From positions 1 through 64,000 of the IMG/VR virus record IMGVR_UViG_3300027754_000060: 64,000 nucleotides of DNA. The stretch is one strand, 5' to 3'. Position 1 is the first letter of the stretch. The number at the start of each line of letters is the position of its first letter. The translations under genes and the position numbers were made by a program. The DNA is from a virus. Under the pieces are notes generated by a model. It saw only the letters and a list, made by a program, of their open reading frames with translations. It ran no database searches and had not been told where the DNA came from. Positions 60,401-64,000 of this stretch are shown in pieces.

Positions 60401-61110
60401 AAAATATTTCTTAAAGATTGTTTTTCCACAAAGCTATCTTCAGTATAATTTAGAAGATTTTCATTACCAGAGCATTCTCCTGAAGATTGACAAAATTTCA
60501 TGCTGGCGAATATTGAGGCCTTACCTGTTGATGAAGTTATATACCCAGATATTGGAGTAATAGTAACTGGCCAGTTATTCATGTTTAGAGAACCAAATGA
60601 ATAGGCGTATTCTTCAAATCTTTGCAAACCAGATACAGGCACATAGAAATCAATACTATTATTAAGCTTAGTACTTAGTGTTCTTCTAAGTGGAGAGGAT
60701 CTTTGCAAAAGAACATTGTTTAAAGTCAGGGGTTCGCTGATACTGACTGGAGAAAAACAGTCTGTGCATAGAACCTGTACAGGATATCCAATTATTTCTA
60801 GATCAGTAGCTTCTTCTATGATCGATAGCTTGACACTTGTCTGCAATACCTGGGCATCTATACCACATTGAGTAATGTCGTAATCTAGAAGTCCTATTGA
60901 CTCACCAGTCTGGCAGTGTCCTGTTATTGCGCAAAAAGTAATGGTCGTATATATTACATTATCTCCTAATCGATTACCTATTATTATTCCAGAGTTTGGA
61001 GACACCTGAGCTGGCCAATTTCCTCCAGCTGATTTAATCTCATAAATATAGCTTTTATTTGACGCTAAGCCATTTAAATTAAATTTAATTTCTTTTGAAT
61101 TATTGATCAT
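57445..61110 (-). CDS. repeat protein with 8 full copies and 1 degenerate copy of the ~135-aa NWP/CxDC module
   Basis: Eight NWP.....P.SG...FC..TG.C...C.DC(L)P units. Confidence 0.85.
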   Translation of the reverse strand: MINNSKEIKFNLNGLASNKSYIYEIKSAGGNWPAQVSPNSGIIIGNRLGDNVIYTTITFCAITGHCQTGESIGLLDYDITQCGIDAQVLQTSVKLSIIEEATDLEIIGYPVQVLCTDCFSPVSISEPLTLNNVLLQRSSPLRRTLSTKLNNSIDFYVPVSGLQRFEEYAYSFGSLNMNNWPVTITPISGYITSSTGKASIFASMKFCQSSGECSGNENLLNYTEDSFVEKQSLRNIFDLTITPNRCNGNPVTSAPMSMYCNDCLPKLSVSIEPRDLILAPSNVNSANGNVAVISSIIEGLDDDIEYIYTINSSEANWPVSVNPVSGYIRNQSQATIYSKATFCLSTGECPVGADKIMDYEIPGDECLEQKNKYSKMSITLSAANGNAPSITTRDFTISCDNCLPKTVVQIPSVPSLVGIGNNRGSLSAPIYNLRPYQTYAYEIEPIDANWPVVCYPISGILTTSSLTTGRIATNYIFCPSTGDCPNGSENVIDYVSQTGSSCVYKDTVDRFSNIRIVITPLSCYDPIIKSEIISLNCRDCIPRVRITSPETVSLRGSLAGNIANVNIIAQGLELQKQYVYSFIGSEANWPIIVFPKSGTLDGNLQARHNISTSFIFCATTGSCSAGDANLIPYNLDIKDTNVYKQLDKLRGKLRLEVYPASCPEEKVISEDIEISCDDCLPKIVIDTSRISTDIRDDKFILPVYIDGLSMGETYSYEIIEQDSNWPTYLSPMTGQITSLSNVLPSVLDFDVRFCNSTGLCPSGSPNILDYNPSNTSGCNYGSLKNPIKQSSFKLQITPQSYNGDVVLSDLVKVRCVDCLPKINISLDAAANIINNSITVANGTNTHSFASSVSGLIIGQEYSYLFSSTEANWPVVALPVSGSFIAKANTKNIVSTLKFCHTTGSCPSSGVNVLDYELTSSCPYGQISDSNPFAKLNLKIVQESCGGDVSGSQDFTLNCDKCLNPLISVAPSQITTLTDRNTGILPVSMIGLKPLETYSYAFSGIDSNWPTVISPATGSFTSTKLGLLPYNSPLVSRYYFCSPTGLCPAGTPGLINYDLDSYLDQKIQNNFLYTKVKLIITDSSCDTVQTASEEILLSCTNCLPKISYANIAFGGGNGNEIVLPTGCCSGVKALSVNVTNAIPGEKYSYAFSGSYVGSFYPVTGSAYFNNGVGVINTLGTIDIAPSGQSLISCVLTHNATNVSSLDFMAITCGSGLRVTTCN

Positions 61111-61128
61111 AATTACTACCTACCCGTG

Positions 61129-62349
61129 TTAAATTGGTTGTGAAGAAATCTTTATGTCGGATGGACGCAAGCAGTCATTACAGTATATAGTAAAAGTATC
61201 ACTAGAATATTGGTCACCCGAACAAGCCTCTGAGTATATTAGCATCTGTAGAGTTACATATGGATCATATCTATATCTTTTTGATTGAGTATCTAAGTCC
61301 ATATCATATGATAATACACCCTTGGTCCCGTTGGGACACAGGCCAGAACTAGAGCAAAAGAATAACTGAGAAATTATTGATGAGCTACTAGAGCTAGACT
61401 GTAAAATTCCAGACATAGGACTTATAAATACTGGCCAATTTGAATCGACACTAATGAACTCATAGGCATAATTTTTATCTATAGTTAGACCAGATATCTT
61501 GGCTTGAAGTAAATAGGTGTCATCATTTTGTTCTTTAGAAAGAGAATAAACATTTGTGCCGCTATTGCTTATTTTTACTGAAACTTTTGGCAAACATTTT
61601 TCGCAATAAAAAGATAATTGATCACTTGTAATTTTCTCTCCTACGCATGATACTGGAGTAACAGAAAGCTGGACCGTAGAAAATAAATGACTATCTAAAG
61701 AACAGGTCTCTACTAAAGAATAATCTAGAACAGAAGATGAACCATTGGGGCAAATCCCAGTATTTAGGCAAAAGGTTAAACTGGAAGATAAATTAAATTC
61801 ATTTTTTGAAGGACTAATCAATCCAGATATCGGGGTAATTTTTACTGGCCAGTTTGAATCTACCCCTTTAAACTCATAAGCATATGTTTCATTAGGACTC
61901 AATCCCATGATACGAGAAGTAAACTTAATATGATTTGTAGTTGAGCTATCTAAAGTTGTAGAAGTTGGTGAAATAATCTGTATTTGGGGTAAACAATCCT
62001 TGCAATCTAAATGTATAACATCGCTATAGAATACCTCGTTAGTAGTTGTAGCAGAGAATCCAGCAACTATATTTGCAAAAAGATGATTATTATTAAGATT
62101 ACAAGATAGGATATCATTGTATTTTAATAGACCTTCAGTACCACTTGGACAAAGGCTTTTATTCTCACAGAAAGATAAGCTTGCTTTTACTGAGATATTA
62201 TCAGATAGAGGCTGAACAAAACCTGTTATCGGAGTTATAATACATGGCCAATTAGCTCCAGCTGTTGAAAAAGAATAGTCGTATCTTTCTTGAGGCTTTA
62301 GCCCAGAAAGCTTTACAGTTATGTCTATAATATTATTTTTTGACATCAT
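61129..62349 (-). CDS. repeat protein with 3 copies of the NWP/CxDC module
   Basis: NWPCIITP, NWPVKITP and NWPVFISP units. Confidence 0.85.
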   Translation of the reverse strand: MMSKNNIIDITVKLSGLKPQERYDYSFSTAGANWPCIITPITGFVQPLSDNISVKASLSFCENKSLCPSGTEGLLKYNDILSCNLNNNHLFANIVAGFSATTTNEVFYSDVIHLDCKDCLPQIQIISPTSTTLDSSTTNHIKFTSRIMGLSPNETYAYEFKGVDSNWPVKITPISGLISPSKNEFNLSSSLTFCLNTGICPNGSSSVLDYSLVETCSLDSHLFSTVQLSVTPVSCVGEKITSDQLSFYCEKCLPKVSVKISNSGTNVYSLSKEQNDDTYLLQAKISGLTIDKNYAYEFISVDSNWPVFISPMSGILQSSSSSSSIISQLFFCSSSGLCPNGTKGVLSYDMDLDTQSKRYRYDPYVTLQMLIYSEACSGDQYSSDTFTIYCNDCLRPSDIKISSQPI

Positions 62350-62358
62350 AATTATGCC

Positions 62359-63999
62359 TTATATAGTGGGTGGATAGTTGGAAGGATATGGATTCTGAGG
62401 CATAGGCATCGGCATCGATGGATTGGCTGGTACTGGGGCTGGTACTGGGGCTGGTACTGGGGCTGGTACTGGGGCTGGTACTGGGGCTGGTACTGGGGCT
62501 GGTACTGGGGCTGGTGGAACTGGTGGATTAGCACAAGGCACTTCTATTATTGGATCATTTTCCCTGATGTCTGCGTGTATCGTTATTTCCGGAACAGAAG
62601 ATATAAATCTAGATAAATTATTGACGCACGATGGACAAGATACTGATAATAGACTACTAGTCATTTCTGAAGCATTAGTATCTGTAGAAAGTAAGACTAT
62701 CTCCAAATCAACATAAGGAGCAGAAGCCCTAGTAAATAGTCCACTTTCAACAACATAATTTAAAAGCCCCGGTGTTCCACTAGGACATTTGATTAATGAG
62801 TCGCAAAATGTTAATTTTGTATTAACTCTTGCTCTATGAGCAGGAGTACTTTTTAGCAGTCCTGTTGCCTGTAATATTACTGCCGGATAATTTGATTGTT
62901 TACTTCTTATAGTGTAAGTATGGTCTTGATATATGTTCTCAATACCAATAAATATATCTGTGATACCTCCGGCTATAACGGTTTTATTTTTTTCTTGACG
63001 AATAATAGCTGTAGCTGTTGCTCCTGCTCCTCCTCCTCCATCTACAATGACTGTAGGAGCAAACAAATAATTTTTCCCACCATTGTCCACAGTTATATTA
63101 AAATCCTTATTTGCAGTATTGAATAATGCCTTAGCTATTGCTCCTTCTCCTGAGCTATCTTCAGAAACTGGAACTATAGTCACGTTTGGAGCTGATTTAT
63201 ATCCAATCCCTGGATTTGTTAAAGATATATTTGCGACATAACCAGGAACAACTACCTTTAATTTTGGCAAGCAGTCCTGGCAATATAGTGTAAATTGATC
63301 ACTAATGGTTTCTATTCCATTATATGATATCGGCTGTATTCCTATTTGAAAAACGCCATATAAGTCTCTCGTATCATTTTCTGATACTGGTGGATTTTGA
63401 GTATAATTAATAACATTAGCTGATCCAGAAGGACAAGCTCCTGTAGAAGAACAAAAAGCTGCTCTTATATCAAGCTTTAATTGTTGACTAGATGGCCGGA
63501 TTAATCCTGAGCCAGGAACCATTGTTATCGGCCAATTAGAATCTACCCCGTACACCTGATATTTATATGTCTCATATGCCTGTAAATTATTAATAATCGG
63601 GGAAAAATTATAAGTATTATTCCCAGCTTCTTTCAATGTTGTGGTTAAAATACTATCTTTTTGAACAAATGGCAGAAATATATTATCTGTGAATCCTATT
63701 ACTGGAAATCCTACTGTTGGTATTTTTAATGGAATATAAGATATATCTCTTAATATAATATAGTATGATTGTTTAGGTCTTAATTTTTCGAGAGTAGAAT
63801 CTGGGCTTGCTTTATAGGAATATCTATCATTTCCAGAAGAGTCTTTAGATAACGATCTTACTGTCCAAAATACCGGAATTTCACCAGCAATAGCACTACT
63901 AGCACCAAAAGACTGGGTAGCGTAAATAGATGATATTGCTTCTATAAATCTATTATAATCTGAAATTTTACCAATATCTCCAACAAAAGATGCTGGCAT
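62359..63999 (-). CDS. protein with 2 NWP/CxDC modules, G.GY..AP.V.I repeats and a Pro-rich tail; may extend beyond the window
   Basis: NWPITMVP and NYPAVILQ units; PGIGYKSAPNVTI and GGKNYLFAPTVIV; (PAPV)7. Confidence 0.8.
   Translation of the reverse strand: MPASFVGDIGKISDYNRFIEAISSIYATQSFGASSAIAGEIPVFWTVRSLSKDSSGNDRYSYKASPDSTLEKLRPKQSYYIILRDISYIPLKIPTVGFPVIGFTDNIFLPFVQKDSILTTTLKEAGNNTYNFSPIINNLQAYETYKYQVYGVDSNWPITMVPGSGLIRPSSQQLKLDIRAAFCSSTGACPSGSANVINYTQNPPVSENDTRDLYGVFQIGIQPISYNGIETISDQFTLYCQDCLPKLKVVVPGYVANISLTNPGIGYKSAPNVTIVPVSEDSSGEGAIAKALFNTANKDFNITVDNGGKNYLFAPTVIVDGGGGAGATATAIIRQEKNKTVIAGGITDIFIGIENIYQDHTYTIRSKQSNYPAVILQATGLLKSTPAHRARVNTKLTFCDSLIKCPSGTPGLLNYVVESGLFTRASAPYVDLEIVLLSTDTNASEMTSSLLSVSCPSCVNNLSRFISSVPEITIHADIRENDPIIEVPCANPPVPPAPVPAPVPAPVPAPVPAPVPAPVPAPVPANPSMPMPMPQNPYPSNYPPTI
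62425..62514 (-). repeat. perfect 12-bp tandem repeat, about 7.5 copies, encoding PAPV
   Basis: (ggctggtactgg)n on the + strand. Confidence 0.95.
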
Positions 64000-64000
64000 A

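Noticed and set aside
62352-62716. ORFs encoding (QPQY)n and (AGTG)n
   Set aside because: They are alternative frames of the 12-bp repeat inside 62359..63999.
1-64000. Stop-codon reassignment
   Set aside because: Conserved genes are full length in the standard code, and TAA, TAG and TGA all occur as genuine stops.
1-64000. tRNA or rRNA genes and integrase or transposase
   Set aside because: None were recognised. Intergenic space is minimal and shows no cloverleaf signatures; tRNAscan-SE would confirm.

Overview
The window is an AT-rich (roughly one-third GC by eye), gene-dense segment of a large tailed-phage (jumbo-like) genome using the standard genetic code. The host is probably a planctomycete, inferred from a complete DUF1559 prepilin-type gene and a planctomycete-style FGE/SUMF1 domain. 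The + strand (1-40149) carries: the 3' end of a Cys-rich repeat protein that the ORF track missed; DUF1559; a membrane-protein and papain-like peptidase cluster; a 1720-aa FGE / Thr-Pro / beta-propeller protein; nucleotide metabolism genes (dCMP deaminase, nrdB, nrdA, dut, dNMP kinase); phoH and HNH; a bacterial-type replisome (recA, dnaB, primase, dnaE split in two around a DnaQ-like exonuclease, ssb); and a glycosyltransferase-like cluster. The - strand (40160-64000) carries very large putative virion proteins, three of which are built from 13 or more copies of one ~135-aa Cys-containing module. The most notable observations are a recurring GGTGTA intergenic motif (candidate phage promoter), an apparently circularly permuted FGE domain, a tape-measure-like segment fused to dCMP deaminase, an intein-less split DnaE, and a coupled cluster of motif-eroded glyco-enzymes. 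No tRNA, rRNA, CRISPR array, integrase or reverse transcriptase was recognised. All family assignments come from motif recognition by eye, not database searches.
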